64,000 bases of DNA, taken from positions 2,112,001 to 2,176,000 of the forward strand of contig OY761611.1 in NCBI GenBank assembly GCA_963664875.1. Reading direction: 5' to 3'. This DNA is from Candidatus Kapaibacterium sp. (GTDB taxonomy: Bacteria; Bacteroidota; Ignavibacteria; Kapaibacteriales; UBA2268). The translations under genes and the position numbers were made by a program. The stretch's first letter is position 1. Each line of letters begins with the position of its first letter. The notes beneath the pieces were generated by a model, which did not search any database, was not told where the DNA came from, and saw nothing but the letters and a program-made list of their open reading frames with translations. Shown here in pieces: positions 30,596 through 40,581 of this stretch.

Positions 30596-31672
30596 ATGAA
30601 AAAGAGTAATCTGAATAATCTTGAATTTGATAATATCCAATCCTACCAAGAAGTAATTGACAGTCTTGAGAAAAAGAAACGACAAAAACATCTCTTGATT
30701 GGTAATGGCTTTAGTATGGCATACGATCACAAAATCTTTTCATATAATGCTCTGTATGATTTTGTAAATAATCAACAAGATGAGAATCTTAAAAAGCTTT
30801 TTTCTGCTATAAGAACACAAAATTTTGAACTGATTATGCAACAACTCGATGATTTTATACGGCTTGCAGAGGCATTCGATATATCAGAAGAGTTCTTAAA
30901 TACTATTCAAGACGCAAAAGAGCAACTCCAAAATAGCTTAGTTGATGCGGTGAAAACATTACACCCTGAGCATGTATATTCTATTCCTGATGAAAAAAAC
31001 AATTCATGTGTAGCTTTTCTAAGAGGGTTTATTGATAAAAATGGATATATTTTTTCTACTAATTATGATTTGCTTCTATATTGGGTTTTGATGAGAAATG
31101 AACTTGAAAACAAATGTGATGGTTTTGGTAAAGAAGTGCTAAATCCTGAAGAAGTAAAAAAAGGACAAACTCCAATTTTATCTGATTTAGATTGGGGCAT
31201 TAATAAATCTAATCAAAGAATATTCTATGTTCATGGTGCTTTACATCTCTTTGATATTGGAGCTGAAATTACTAAAGAAACATTTAGCGGAGGCAGAAAC
31301 TATCTACTTTCTAATATAAAGAAGAGAATGGCTAACAAACAGTATCCTGTTTTTGTAACAGCAGGCGATGGGAACCAGAAATTAAACCACATTATGCATA
31401 ACAAATATTTGACCTATTGTTATGAATCTCTTGCCCAAATTCAAGGTTCAATGATAACATTTGGTTTCAACTTTGGCGATTATGACGAACATATTATCGA
31501 TGCAATAAACAAAGCTGCATTGCATGGCAGAAAAGCAAGCGATAAACTACATAGTATTTATATTGGTGTCTTTAGCAGCAGTGATTTTGAACATATAAAA
31601 GAAATAGAGCAAAAATTTCAATGTAAAGTAAATGTTTTCAGGTCTAATACTGCCAATGTATGGGGGAACTAA
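30596..31672 (+). CDS. DUF4917 family (SIR2-like fold) protein
   Basis: HLLIGNGFSM, FSTNYDLLLYW, YVHGALH, FGFNFGDYDEHI; AGGAGG SD. Confidence 0.8.
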   Translation: MKKSNLNNLEFDNIQSYQEVIDSLEKKKRQKHLLIGNGFSMAYDHKIFSYNALYDFVNNQQDENLKKLFSAIRTQNFELIMQQLDDFIRLAEAFDISEEFLNTIQDAKEQLQNSLVDAVKTLHPEHVYSIPDEKNNSCVAFLRGFIDKNGYIFSTNYDLLLYWVLMRNELENKCDGFGKEVLNPEEVKKGQTPILSDLDWGINKSNQRIFYVHGALHLFDIGAEITKETFSGGRNYLLSNIKKRMANKQYPVFVTAGDGNQKLNHIMHNKYLTYCYESLAQIQGSMITFGFNFGDYDEHIIDAINKAALHGRKASDKLHSIYIGVFSSSDFEHIKEIEQKFQCKVNVFRSNTANVWGN

Positions 31673-32100
31673 TATAAATTTAAAACTCATATAACTTACA
31701 AAAGATAGCTTGAATTAACTATTTTACGAAGGTAAACCTAACATAAGGGTACTGCTAAAAGTATTCTTTATCCAATTAAACAAAATCATGGCAAATAAAG
31801 CTGTTTTTGTTTAAACATTGTTGAATAAATACTACAATAAATCATTCAAAAATTTCTTAACTTCATGATACACAGAGACATATCGTCTTGTTGTTGTTAA
31901 ACAAAATAATCTGTTTTTTGTTGATGATTTAACAGCGCAAAGGCATGTTTTAACAGCGTTTTTAACAGGATACAATTTGTAAACAGCTGATATGTCAGAT
32001 GTTATAAAAGTTATGGCTTGTTAGATTTAGCAGCGTTTCAACATACAAAGCGATAGTGATTTCAAAAGGAATTATGGGCAGATGTATAAGGAGGATTTTA

Positions 32101-32670
32101 ATGCAAGAAGTAATAACGTATTCAAATGTACTGCTAACTGTTTTAACAGGAATATATGTCTATCTTACTTACAAGATTTCTAAAACAAATTCTGATCTGT
32201 TAAAAGAACAAACACGCCCTTTTGTGGTAGTAAAATTTCCGTTAGAAGACAATGCTTTAGATATAGTGATTGAAAACATAGGTTTACGACCTGCTTATAA
32301 TGTTTCCATTAAGATCTTAAACTTGGAAGAATTGAAGTCTGTCATCCACCCCCATAAATTGAACGCAGGGGATTTTAATAAGCAATCTGATTTATTTCAG
32401 CATACATTTCTACCTCCGAATCAGATTATCAGAGATTTTATAAACTTTTCTGAACTCATCTTGAAGAAAGAAAATTTAGAGCTTCCTTTTTTGAAATTAG
32501 AGATTTCATATTTAGATACTTATAAAAAAAAGTACAAAGAGGAATATACGATTTCTTTACAAAGCTATCTATACAAATCTAAAATAAAGCAATTCACTGA
32601 TACTTACTTTATTGAAGAAATATCAAAACAACTGAAAGAAATTAACAAAACTCTAAAGGCAAAGAAATGA
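32101..32670 (+). CDS. Hypothetical protein with N-terminal TM helix
   Basis: GGAGG SD before ATG 32101; TM then RPFV...IENIG.RPAYNV. Confidence 0.7.
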   Translation: MQEVITYSNVLLTVLTGIYVYLTYKISKTNSDLLKEQTRPFVVVKFPLEDNALDIVIENIGLRPAYNVSIKILNLEELKSVIHPHKLNAGDFNKQSDLFQHTFLPPNQIIRDFINFSELILKKENLELPFLKLEISYLDTYKKKYKEEYTISLQSYLYKSKIKQFTDTYFIEEISKQLKEINKTLKAKK

Positions 32671-33053
32671 GACGGGATAAAGATTTAATCAGAAAGCTAT
32701 TATTATTTGCTGAAGAAAGACATGATTTTCAGATAGGTTTCGAAGGCAACATTGATTCAGCTTCAAGTGAAGATTTTGCAGGTATAACTGAAGGTGATTT
32801 AGCTGGTCACTTTAAATTACTAATTGATTCTAAATATTTGGAAGGTAGTTATTTAAAAGCAGAAGATGGTATCATATATGCAGTAGCAGTAACAGCCATC
32901 ACTGAAAAAGGATATGATTTATTAGATTCCATCAGAGACAATAGTGTTTGGTCAGAGATAAAACAAGAATTAGGCATAGCAGGCGAATCATGGAGCATGG
33001 ACGTTATTGCAAAACTATCCAGTAGAATCATTGCAAAAAAATTAGGGCTATAG
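32667..33053 (+). CDS. DUF2513-like wHTH protein
   Basis: MRRDKDLIRKLLL...H..LL.D..YL...IT.KGYDLLDSIRDNSVW..IK. Confidence 0.8.
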   Translation: MRRDKDLIRKLLLFAEERHDFQIGFEGNIDSASSEDFAGITEGDLAGHFKLLIDSKYLEGSYLKAEDGIIYAVAVTAITEKGYDLLDSIRDNSVWSEIKQELGIAGESWSMDVIAKLSSRIIAKKLGL

Positions 33054-33149
33054 CTTAAAGTCCATATACTTATCAATAGTTTTTGCACCACTATAACAAA
33101 AAGAATACATATTCGTACCACCTAATACATTATATTAGGGTATTGAATT

Positions 33150-33533
33150 ATGCACAAAATACACGAAACTTTATATTGTCCATTCTGCTATGCAAGGGCT
33201 TACTTTAAGGAATATTATCCTTCAAAAATAAAAGCTACTGGCGAAAATCCATCACGCAAACGGTACAAATGTATTCATTGCAAGAAAACTTACATCGCTG
33301 AAGGTGACTTTTATATCAACGCACGTCCGCAAAAACCATCCGCACAGCTTGACAAAGTCAGTAAATTGCTGAGAGAAAAAGTCGATGAAATAGCTAAACT
33401 ATACCCTCAATTTGATAATCTATTCAATTTACACTATAAAAAGCAAACAGATCCTCTCGGCAACACAGCCATAGAAAGATTTAAGCAGGATATTCTATCT
33501 TCATTAGACAGTACTATCAATGAAGATGAATAG
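33150..33533 (+). CDS. Zinc-ribbon hypothetical protein
   Basis: CPFC...RYKCIHCKKTY; convergent with integrase. Confidence 0.6.
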   Translation: MHKIHETLYCPFCYARAYFKEYYPSKIKATGENPSRKRYKCIHCKKTYIAEGDFYINARPQKPSAQLDKVSKLLREKVDEIAKLYPQFDNLFNLHYKKQTDPLGNTAIERFKQDILSSLDSTINEDE

Positions 33534-33541
33534 CATATTAT

Positions 33542-34873
33542 TTAACCAACAAACCTTATAATATTGGCATCCCTATAACCCTGCTCATTCGGTTCATAGA
33601 TTTTTTGGACTTCTTCGCATGCTTCTAATTTTGTGCGTCTTATATATTTGTTAAAATGCTTATCTGAGCGATGTCCTGAAAGTTTTTTAACGACATCAAT
33701 GGATACACCTCGTTTAATCAAGTTCGTAATAAACGACCTTCGCCCAGTATGAGACTTGACCATTTCAAACCTCTGTTTTTGTACTAATTCATTACCTGAC
33801 AGTAGAGCAGATTCCACAGTAATTAAGTTGGTAATGTTTGCCCTTTTTGCGATTTCTTTTAAATATTTGTTATAAACAGCATTTGAAAAAGTTGGGAAGC
33901 TGTTATTATAAATACAATTTCTAATTATCCCCCGAATGTGTGGTAAGATTGGCAGTGTAACTCTCTCATTAGTTTTCATGGTAATTAGTGAAATAGTATT
34001 ATCTTCCAAATTGATACTACTTGAATTTAGATTATTAGCATCTTCGAATCTAAGCCCTGTCCAGGATTGTATCATAAACAAATCCTTTGCTTTTCGTTCG
34101 TCTTCAGATAAGCCTTTCAAACTCCCGATTCTTCCTAATTCTTCTTCCGTCAAATATACTTCATCCGCTGAAGCAGTAGGTATTATTAAAACTTTACTAT
34201 AGTTTTTGTTGTCAATTAAGTTACAATCGTAGCTGTAGTTCAACATACTTTTGATGATTTTGATATGCTTGCCAAAGCTATTAATCTTCATATCAGACTG
34301 GGAGCAAAAATCACGGAAGCTATTATAAAATTCTTTACCAATATGATTCGCATTGATATTAAATGCACACTCTGTTTGAAATCTTTTTAGAAGGTTATAG
34401 GTTGATTGATATGACTTTATAGTAGCACTCTGAAGCAATCTCCCATTAATGTTTCTGCGGTTTCCTGACTTAGAATCTTCAATAAAGTTATAAAAAAGAT
34501 CTTCAATTGTTGCTTGTGTGCTACTCGGAACTCCTTTAGTTTGGACAATAAGTTTTTTAAGATGAGTTGTCTCTACAAAATCAATTTTATTGTTAATTAA
34601 GTCGATGCAATAGTTTATAACAGCATCTTCCAAATTATCAAGAAAATTATTGATAGTAGCTGAATGTGGATCTGTTCTCTTCAATCTTTGTTTATTTTTA
34701 TCCCAAAAATGTTTATTTACTTCAAGAGATAGGCTTGTTCGAATCCTTCTCTTGTTAAAATTAAAAACAATATAAAGATATGATCTTCCATGTACATCCT
34801 GTATATAGAATCGTATATTCGGTATTTTACATCTATCGAAGAAATTTATATTACTGTTTTTTTCTTGCATCAA
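33542..34873 (-). CDS. Tyrosine integrase
   Basis: TGLRFED, SHTGRRSF, SGH, NKYIRR. Confidence 0.9.
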   Translation of the reverse strand: MMQEKNSNINFFDRCKIPNIRFYIQDVHGRSYLYIVFNFNKRRIRTSLSLEVNKHFWDKNKQRLKRTDPHSATINNFLDNLEDAVINYCIDLINNKIDFVETTHLKKLIVQTKGVPSSTQATIEDLFYNFIEDSKSGNRRNINGRLLQSATIKSYQSTYNLLKRFQTECAFNINANHIGKEFYNSFRDFCSQSDMKINSFGKHIKIIKSMLNYSYDCNLIDNKNYSKVLIIPTASADEVYLTEEELGRIGSLKGLSEDERKAKDLFMIQSWTGLRFEDANNLNSSSINLEDNTISLITMKTNERVTLPILPHIRGIIRNCIYNNSFPTFSNAVYNKYLKEIAKRANITNLITVESALLSGNELVQKQRFEMVKSHTGRRSFITNLIKRGVSIDVVKKLSGHRSDKHFNKYIRRTKLEACEEVQKIYEPNEQGYRDANIIRFVG

Positions 34874-34945
34874 GCATACTCAAATTGGTTTGTTTGATGT
34901 ATATATTTCCGTTGCTTTGCCCTATTTGTGGAGAATAGGGTGTTA

Positions 34946-36187
34946 TTACATACTATCCAAAATATTTCTTATGCTATTAACAGATTCTACCTGAGTTATC
35001 CGCACGTATTTATCGAAGGATTTACGTGATCTGTGCCCAGAGACTTTCATGACCAACTCTGGTAAAACTCCACGTTTTAACATTAGTGTGATGAACGTTC
35101 GACGTGCTGTGTGTGAAGTCAGCATTTGAAATTTGGGCATCAACTTTTCAATACGACGATTCCCAGAATATCTCACAGTTTTGACTGCTTCATGTATTCC
35201 TGCAAGTTCCGCTATGCGTTTTATATGTTTATTGTATAGTTGAACATTTATTTTTGGAATTTCAAAATTATATTTTTGTAGAATTGCTATACTCTTGTGT
35301 GATAATGGGATAACAAGGTTGTGTTCTGTTTTATGAGTAGTAATTATTAACAACTGTTCTTGAATGTTTATATTAGAGCTTTCTATTGACAATAGATCTC
35401 CAACTCTGACACCTGTGAAGCATTGGAGTAAAAATAAATCTTTTGCAAACAATAATGTATTTGGTAGGTTATCAGTAACTTCAATTTTGTTCAGTTCGTC
35501 TTCAGTCAGAGCTATGTGGTTGGGATCAGATGGAAATACACGCAACCCTTTTACGAATTTGTCATATGAGTTCCAGGATTGTTCTTTCGCATAATGCAAG
35601 AACGTCTTTATTATTTTGACCAGTTTGCCAGCAGACCCATTCAAAATTGACAGAGACGAACAATATGAAGTAAATTCTGAAAAGAAGATTTTATCAATAT
35701 TCTCAAATTTTAACTTGTATCCCGTCGATGTTTGAAACTTGACCAAGTGATTGTAGCAACTATGATAACTTTGAATGGTAGATTTTTTTATTCTTCGTCC
35801 ATTAGGTGTCAATCGTTTTCCTTCAGAAGAATCTGAAATAAATTCTAAGAAAAAAGCCAAGAATGTTTTCTCTTTATTTTGAGCTTTAGGTGATATTAAA
35901 TCATCAATATACTCTACAAAATTTGTTAAATCCACAGCTTCGTTTCTCAAAAGATGGCTATTGTAAAATTCATAGATGTCATTTGTTAATTGCGCAAGAT
36001 AGTTATTGACAGTTCGATTGTTTGAAGACGAAGCATCTAACCTCTGCTTCTTCTTGTCCCAGTCAGATGCTTGAAAAACGACATGAAGTTTTTTGCGAAT
36101 TCTTTTTCTATTGTGATGTATTGAAATGTATAAATAAGAATTATTTCTTACTTTGATAAGATTAAAATTGACATTTAGCTTCCCCAT
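34946..36187 (-). CDS. Tyrosine integrase
   Basis: TGVRVGDL, SHTARRTF, SGH, DKYVR. Confidence 0.9.
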   Translation of the reverse strand: MGKLNVNFNLIKVRNNSYLYISIHHNRKRIRKKLHVVFQASDWDKKKQRLDASSSNNRTVNNYLAQLTNDIYEFYNSHLLRNEAVDLTNFVEYIDDLISPKAQNKEKTFLAFFLEFISDSSEGKRLTPNGRRIKKSTIQSYHSCYNHLVKFQTSTGYKLKFENIDKIFFSEFTSYCSSLSILNGSAGKLVKIIKTFLHYAKEQSWNSYDKFVKGLRVFPSDPNHIALTEDELNKIEVTDNLPNTLLFAKDLFLLQCFTGVRVGDLLSIESSNINIQEQLLIITTHKTEHNLVIPLSHKSIAILQKYNFEIPKINVQLYNKHIKRIAELAGIHEAVKTVRYSGNRRIEKLMPKFQMLTSHTARRTFITLMLKRGVLPELVMKVSGHRSRKSFDKYVRITQVESVNSIRNILDSM

Positions 36188-36381
36188 CAGATTCCCACTA
36201 TATTGATAAAAATTTTATGTCAAACTGTATGACAGTATTTGACATTCTTACCGCCAAAACTTTAAATTGAAAGATAAAGTATATTTAACATATATGTCTA
36301 TTCGGTTGAGATTATGGGAGATATGAAATATATAACAAAGAAGAAGGATAAATGCTTTTCTAAACAATTGACTTATGCAAT

Positions 36382-36396
36382 TCCGTCCCCGACCAC
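36382..36396 (+). repeat. att core direct repeat copy 2 (tRNA 3' end fragment)
   Basis: ATTCCGTCCCCGACCAC resembles T-loop end, T-stem and acceptor strand of a tRNA (Phe-like); followed by a terminator. Confidence 0.75.
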
Positions 36397-36410
36397 TGGA
36401 AGAAACTTAT

Positions 36411-36450
36411 AAATCCTTATAGCTGATAAAGTTATAAGGATTTTTTGTTT
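36411..36450 (+). terminator. Rho-independent terminator, likely the native terminator of the targeted tRNA
   Basis: AAATCCTTATAGCT / AGTTATAAGGATTT stem then T-rich tail. Confidence 0.7.
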
Positions 36451-36461
36451 GGGGTTGGGGG

Positions 36462-36555
36462 GTGTCAGCTTAACACTATTGAAAATTTACAATATTAAGC
36501 CCACCGCCCCACCCACTCGAAAGGCAGTGTCAGCTTAACACTATTGAAAATTTAC
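36462..36555 (+). repeat. Two 29-bp direct repeats, 65-bp period, containing TATTGAAA
   Basis: GTGTCAGCTTAACACTATTGAAAATTTAC at 36462-36490 and 36527-36555. Confidence 0.85.
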
Positions 36556-37155
36556 TACATTGTAAATTTCTACAAATGCTTTACTCTGAGTTCTTAGAGT
36601 TTTGCTTTTATTAAACCTCAATTCCTTTTTACTTTGATAGACTCAATGTGTTTTTTCTTCCTCAGCGGTATTTGAATTCATTCTTGCAAAAAATTTACAT
36701 CACTCTTCCTGCCTTCCATTGAATTTAGGCAAATTAGAATCTCGCGGTACTTACTTCAGAACTATTTTAGAACTTTTTGATAGCTCTTAGTCGTCCTATC
36801 TACTCTATGTTTTCCCTGCCTTATTGCTTTAAAATTAAAGTGCTTCAACTAATACTCATCTGTAAAGTAAATGTTATTCCAAAATTTTGATTAGATATAC
36901 CATTTAATATTATTTTTGTATAAATAGGTGTCATAATATGTCACTAATAAAAGTCTATATACATATAAACGATAATAGATTCAGGGAATACAAAAAAAAG
37001 AAATCTCAAAGAAGTTAAAAAATAATTAGACAATTGGAAAAATATTATTATATTCATTGTATTGTATGTTTGTTATCCTACGGGAATGCTCTAATATACA
37101 ATATTATAAACAATATTCTAACAATAAAAAATATTCACAATGTTAAGGAGGATAC

Positions 37156-37812
37156 ATGAGGTTATATGTAAATTTTAGTGCAAATGACTCACCTATTCCA
37201 TTTGACTATCAGTACAAGCTAACCGGGTTGCTGCACAAATGGCTCGGTAAAAATGATATTCATGATGGCAAAAGCTTATATTCTTTCTCGTGGCTCAAGG
37301 GTGACTACTATCTGCAGCATGGTCTAAACTTTGAGCAGGGAGCGAAGTGGTTTATAAGTTTTCATGACAGTGAGCTTGGCAAAATTCTGATTGACGCAAT
37401 CCAAAAAGACCCAACCGCTATTTACGGGATGAGAGTCGAAGAGATTGTTATAAAAACTGATCCTGAATATACTGACAAGGCACACTTACCTGCTGCCTCA
37501 CCAATTTTAGTTCGTGACTATAGCAGCAATCCAAACGGGAACTATCTAACGCCTAAACACGAGGACACCGGCAAGCTACTTACCGACTCTATCAAGAACA
37601 AAATGAAGTTTGCGGGGTTAGACTACGACATAAAAATCAATTTTGACAAAACTTATCCAAGAGCCAAAACCAAACTAATCGACATCAAAGGCATAAAACA
37701 CAGAGCCAATATCTGCCCTGTGATAATGGAAGGCGACCCGGAAGCCATTCGTTTCGCCAGAAATGTAGGCATAGGTCACCTGACCGGTTGTGGTTTTGGA
37801 GCATTGGAATAA
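37156..37812 (+). CDS. cas6: CRISPR-associated endoribonuclease Cas6
   Basis: SLYSFSWL; C-terminal G-rich loop GIGHLTGCGFG; first gene of cas operon. Confidence 0.92.
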   Translation: MRLYVNFSANDSPIPFDYQYKLTGLLHKWLGKNDIHDGKSLYSFSWLKGDYYLQHGLNFEQGAKWFISFHDSELGKILIDAIQKDPTAIYGMRVEEIVIKTDPEYTDKAHLPAASPILVRDYSSNPNGNYLTPKHEDTGKLLTDSIKNKMKFAGLDYDIKINFDKTYPRAKTKLIDIKGIKHRANICPVIMEGDPEAIRFARNVGIGHLTGCGFGALE

Positions 37813-37824
37813 AGGAGAGAAGAG

Positions 37825-38439
37825 ATGAAACTATACTTAGTTAAATATAAAGGCCCATTTGGATATATCAAACCTTGGACCGCTGTCAGAGACGATGAAA
37901 CTTTCAGCCAGCAATTTTTGACACCTTCCATTATAGAGGGTATGGAGAAAAAGCTTTTTCCGGAAATGCTCTCCCAAAAGGGAATTCAAAAGATTAAGAG
38001 ACATCGGTTGAGGTATAGAAGCATGTCAAAACAACAGGAAGTTACTCAACCCAAAGGTACTGAAATTAAAAGCAAACCAAAAGAAGGTAAAATTGAAGTC
38101 AAGAGAGATAGATCTATTATCAATCGCTTTGTACTCGTTGAACCAACTTTGTTTTTAGCATTTGATAACCAGGAAGATGCTGAAATAGCTTCAACACAAC
38201 ACATCTGCTTATGTAGAAATGAAGATGTGTTGCTTCCTACTCAGGAAATTATCGAAACAACTTCCGATGAATTCGATAACAATAATGGGAGTTTCAATGG
38301 TTTTGAACTAGTTTTTGGAGAGTCGGAAGATTCGTTTATTGTAGGTATGAATCGATATGATATGTCAAAAACCATGCACGGCAGTTTCAAAATAGTCGGT
38401 CAAAATCCTTTAATTTCTGAGTTTACTCATGAAGACTAA
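37825..38439 (+). CDS. cas5: Divergent Cas5
   Basis: Y.GPFG....W..VRD..T.SQ..LTPS...G N-terminal RAMP motif; position in operon. Confidence 0.7.
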   Translation: MKLYLVKYKGPFGYIKPWTAVRDDETFSQQFLTPSIIEGMEKKLFPEMLSQKGIQKIKRHRLRYRSMSKQQEVTQPKGTEIKSKPKEGKIEVKRDRSIINRFVLVEPTLFLAFDNQEDAEIASTQHICLCRNEDVLLPTQEIIETTSDEFDNNNGSFNGFELVFGESEDSFIVGMNRYDMSKTMHGSFKIVGQNPLISEFTHED

Positions 38440-40570
38440 TAGATATATTTACGCAAAAAGTGATGGAGTTTTGCTTAAAGATCACCTAAATCAAGTTGCA
38501 ATAGTTGCGGAACGAATAGCACACAAATTAGGCTATAATCCTAAGTTATTGAAAAATGGTGCAATTTTGCATGATATTGGTAAAACTCACCCAAAATTTC
38601 AAGAAGCCCTTTTCAGTAAAAGCAAGCCAACTGAGGAAAAGGTGTTTAGACATGAGATTGCTTCTATACTATTTTTGCCCTTATTTCCTAAAGAAGAATG
38701 GAATCAGCTGATTGAGATGGTTATTGCACATCACAAATCACCTGAGACTTCTGAAAAAAAAGGTAACGGTATTATCGATCTTATAGAAATTGAAGGGGAA
38801 GAAGAGATCTTTGATTTTCACACTTCTCAATGGGATGATTGGTCTAAAGACGCATTGCAAATTTTGGATTCTTTTGGGATTACTTCTAAATATTTATCAT
38901 TAGATGATGCCCAAGAAGCATTTGATTATTGTATCGATTATTGCGAAAATTTAGGCTCTGGGTGGTCGGAATACAAAGGAATTTTGAACATAGCAGATCA
39001 CATAGCATCTTCTATATATGATGCAACTGAAACTATTTCAGAACAACTTTTTAATATTCCTAATTTGGAACAATATAATGCCTTAGAGAGAAAATCTGAG
39101 TTATTCCCTTTGTCCCTAATTTCTGTAGAAAGTAAATGTCCTCACTCTTTGGTGATTGCTCCAACCGGAGCTGGTAAGACAGATTATTTGTTTAGAAGAT
39201 GCAATGGTCGGGTTTTTTATACACTGCCATTTCAAGCCTCAATAAATGCAATGTATCATCGAGTGAGAGACTTTCTGCCTGATGACACTGATATTAGATT
39301 GCAGCACTCGACTTCAAGGTTACAAATTGACGACAAGAATAATTTTGAAGAAAAGGTGATGCAATCTAAAGCCGGAGCTGCTATCAAAATTCTTACTCCT
39401 CATCAGTTAGCTGCTTTAATATGTGGCACAAAGGGGTTTGAAGCTATCGCTTTAGATATAAGAGAATGTGATGTCATTTTGGATGAAATACATTGCTATT
39501 CTGATGTATCTCAGGCAATGGTAATTGAAATAGTGAAAGTATTAGTTAGACTTGGTTGCAGAATACACCTTGGGAGTGCGACTATGCCTACTGTGTTGAC
39601 GGATATGCTGTTAGATATCCTTGGTCGAGATAATGTGCTTATCACTAAACTTGATGATAATGAGCTTGACAAATTTGACAGACACAGAATTATTAAATGT
39701 GATACTGCAGATTTGCCAATAAACACTGTCTCTGAGTACATTGAGCAAAACCAGAAAGTATTGGTTGTATGCAATAAAGTTGATACAGCACAAGCGAGAT
39801 ATGATTCTCTCAAAGAGACTTTTCCTAACATTCCGATTTTGCTACTCCACAGCAGATTTAAAAGAGCTGACAGAGCGCAAAAAGAATTCGAACTCATTAA
39901 TACGTACAACAATCGAGAAGTAAATCCTGATGCGTGCATAGTAGTTTCTACACAAGTAGTAGAAGTAAGTTTAGATATTAGCTTCGATGTGATGTTTACT
40001 GATGCAGCACCAATAGATGCTATGATACAAAGATTTGGTAGAATCAACAGAAAACGTACAAAAGAAACAGTAGCAAAGAAAATTATAAAAGATATACATA
40101 TTCTTGCACCACCTGATTCCCAAAGAGATGTTCTTCCATACAAAAAAGAAATAGTTGATGCTTCATTTGAGCAATTCGAAAATGGGGAAATTGTCAAGGA
40201 AAAACTTATCCAAAATAAAATTGACAATGTTTATCCAAAAATAGATATGGCATCAATCAAAACTAAAATTGTATGGGATGGAGACAGGTTTTTGCTTAAA
40301 AAGCTAAATCATTATCCTAAAGCAGTTTTGATGGAAACATTAAATATCGAATCTGCTACAGCTATTGTTTATCAAGACGCTGAGACTTATAACAAGAGTA
40401 AAGGTGATGATAGGATACCTCTTGAAATACCTATACCAAGAAGCACCCGCTTCAAAAAGTTTACAAACTTTGGATATAGTTCTGAAGGAGCAAGACCTGT
40501 AATAGTCCATGATGACCTATATTCATACGAACGTGGATTGATTTTTGAAGAAATAGATAACTTTTTATAG
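38429..40570 (+). CDS. cas3: Cas3 HD nuclease-helicase
   Basis: L.DHL, LHDIGK, HE, AHH, IADH; APTGAGKT; LDEIH; SAT; STQVVEVSLD; QRFGRINR. Confidence 0.95.
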   Translation: MKTNRYIYAKSDGVLLKDHLNQVAIVAERIAHKLGYNPKLLKNGAILHDIGKTHPKFQEALFSKSKPTEEKVFRHEIASILFLPLFPKEEWNQLIEMVIAHHKSPETSEKKGNGIIDLIEIEGEEEIFDFHTSQWDDWSKDALQILDSFGITSKYLSLDDAQEAFDYCIDYCENLGSGWSEYKGILNIADHIASSIYDATETISEQLFNIPNLEQYNALERKSELFPLSLISVESKCPHSLVIAPTGAGKTDYLFRRCNGRVFYTLPFQASINAMYHRVRDFLPDDTDIRLQHSTSRLQIDDKNNFEEKVMQSKAGAAIKILTPHQLAALICGTKGFEAIALDIRECDVILDEIHCYSDVSQAMVIEIVKVLVRLGCRIHLGSATMPTVLTDMLLDILGRDNVLITKLDDNELDKFDRHRIIKCDTADLPINTVSEYIEQNQKVLVVCNKVDTAQARYDSLKETFPNIPILLLHSRFKRADRAQKEFELINTYNNREVNPDACIVVSTQVVEVSLDISFDVMFTDAAPIDAMIQRFGRINRKRTKETVAKKIIKDIHILAPPDSQRDVLPYKKEIVDASFEQFENGEIVKEKLIQNKIDNVYPKIDMASIKTKIVWDGDRFLLKKLNHYPKAVLMETLNIESATAIVYQDAETYNKSKGDDRIPLEIPIPRSTRFKKFTNFGYSSEGARPVIVHDDLYSYERGLIFEEIDNFL

Positions 40571-40581
40571 GAGATTCTTAT

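Larger units (their letters stand above)
21276..36396. mobile_element. ~15 kb integrative defence island
   Basis: Bounded by 15-bp direct repeats; two integrases at right end; Rep pseudogene, RM-like and SIR2-like cargo. Confidence 0.75.

Noticed and set aside
36370-36400. Possible tRNA gene
   Set aside because: Only the 3' ~17 nt resemble a tRNA; no D or anticodon arm upstream, so treated as an att remnant.
36928-36944. GTGTCATAATATGTCAC as a WYL-type operator upstream of cas6
   Set aside because: Single short motif with no cognate regulator nearby; insufficient evidence.
39511-40227. 238-aa antisense ORF in cas3 (and similar shadow ORFs in cas8, cas7, yeeA, yeeB and the integrases)
   Set aside because: Fully overlaps well-supported genes on the opposite strand; no motifs.
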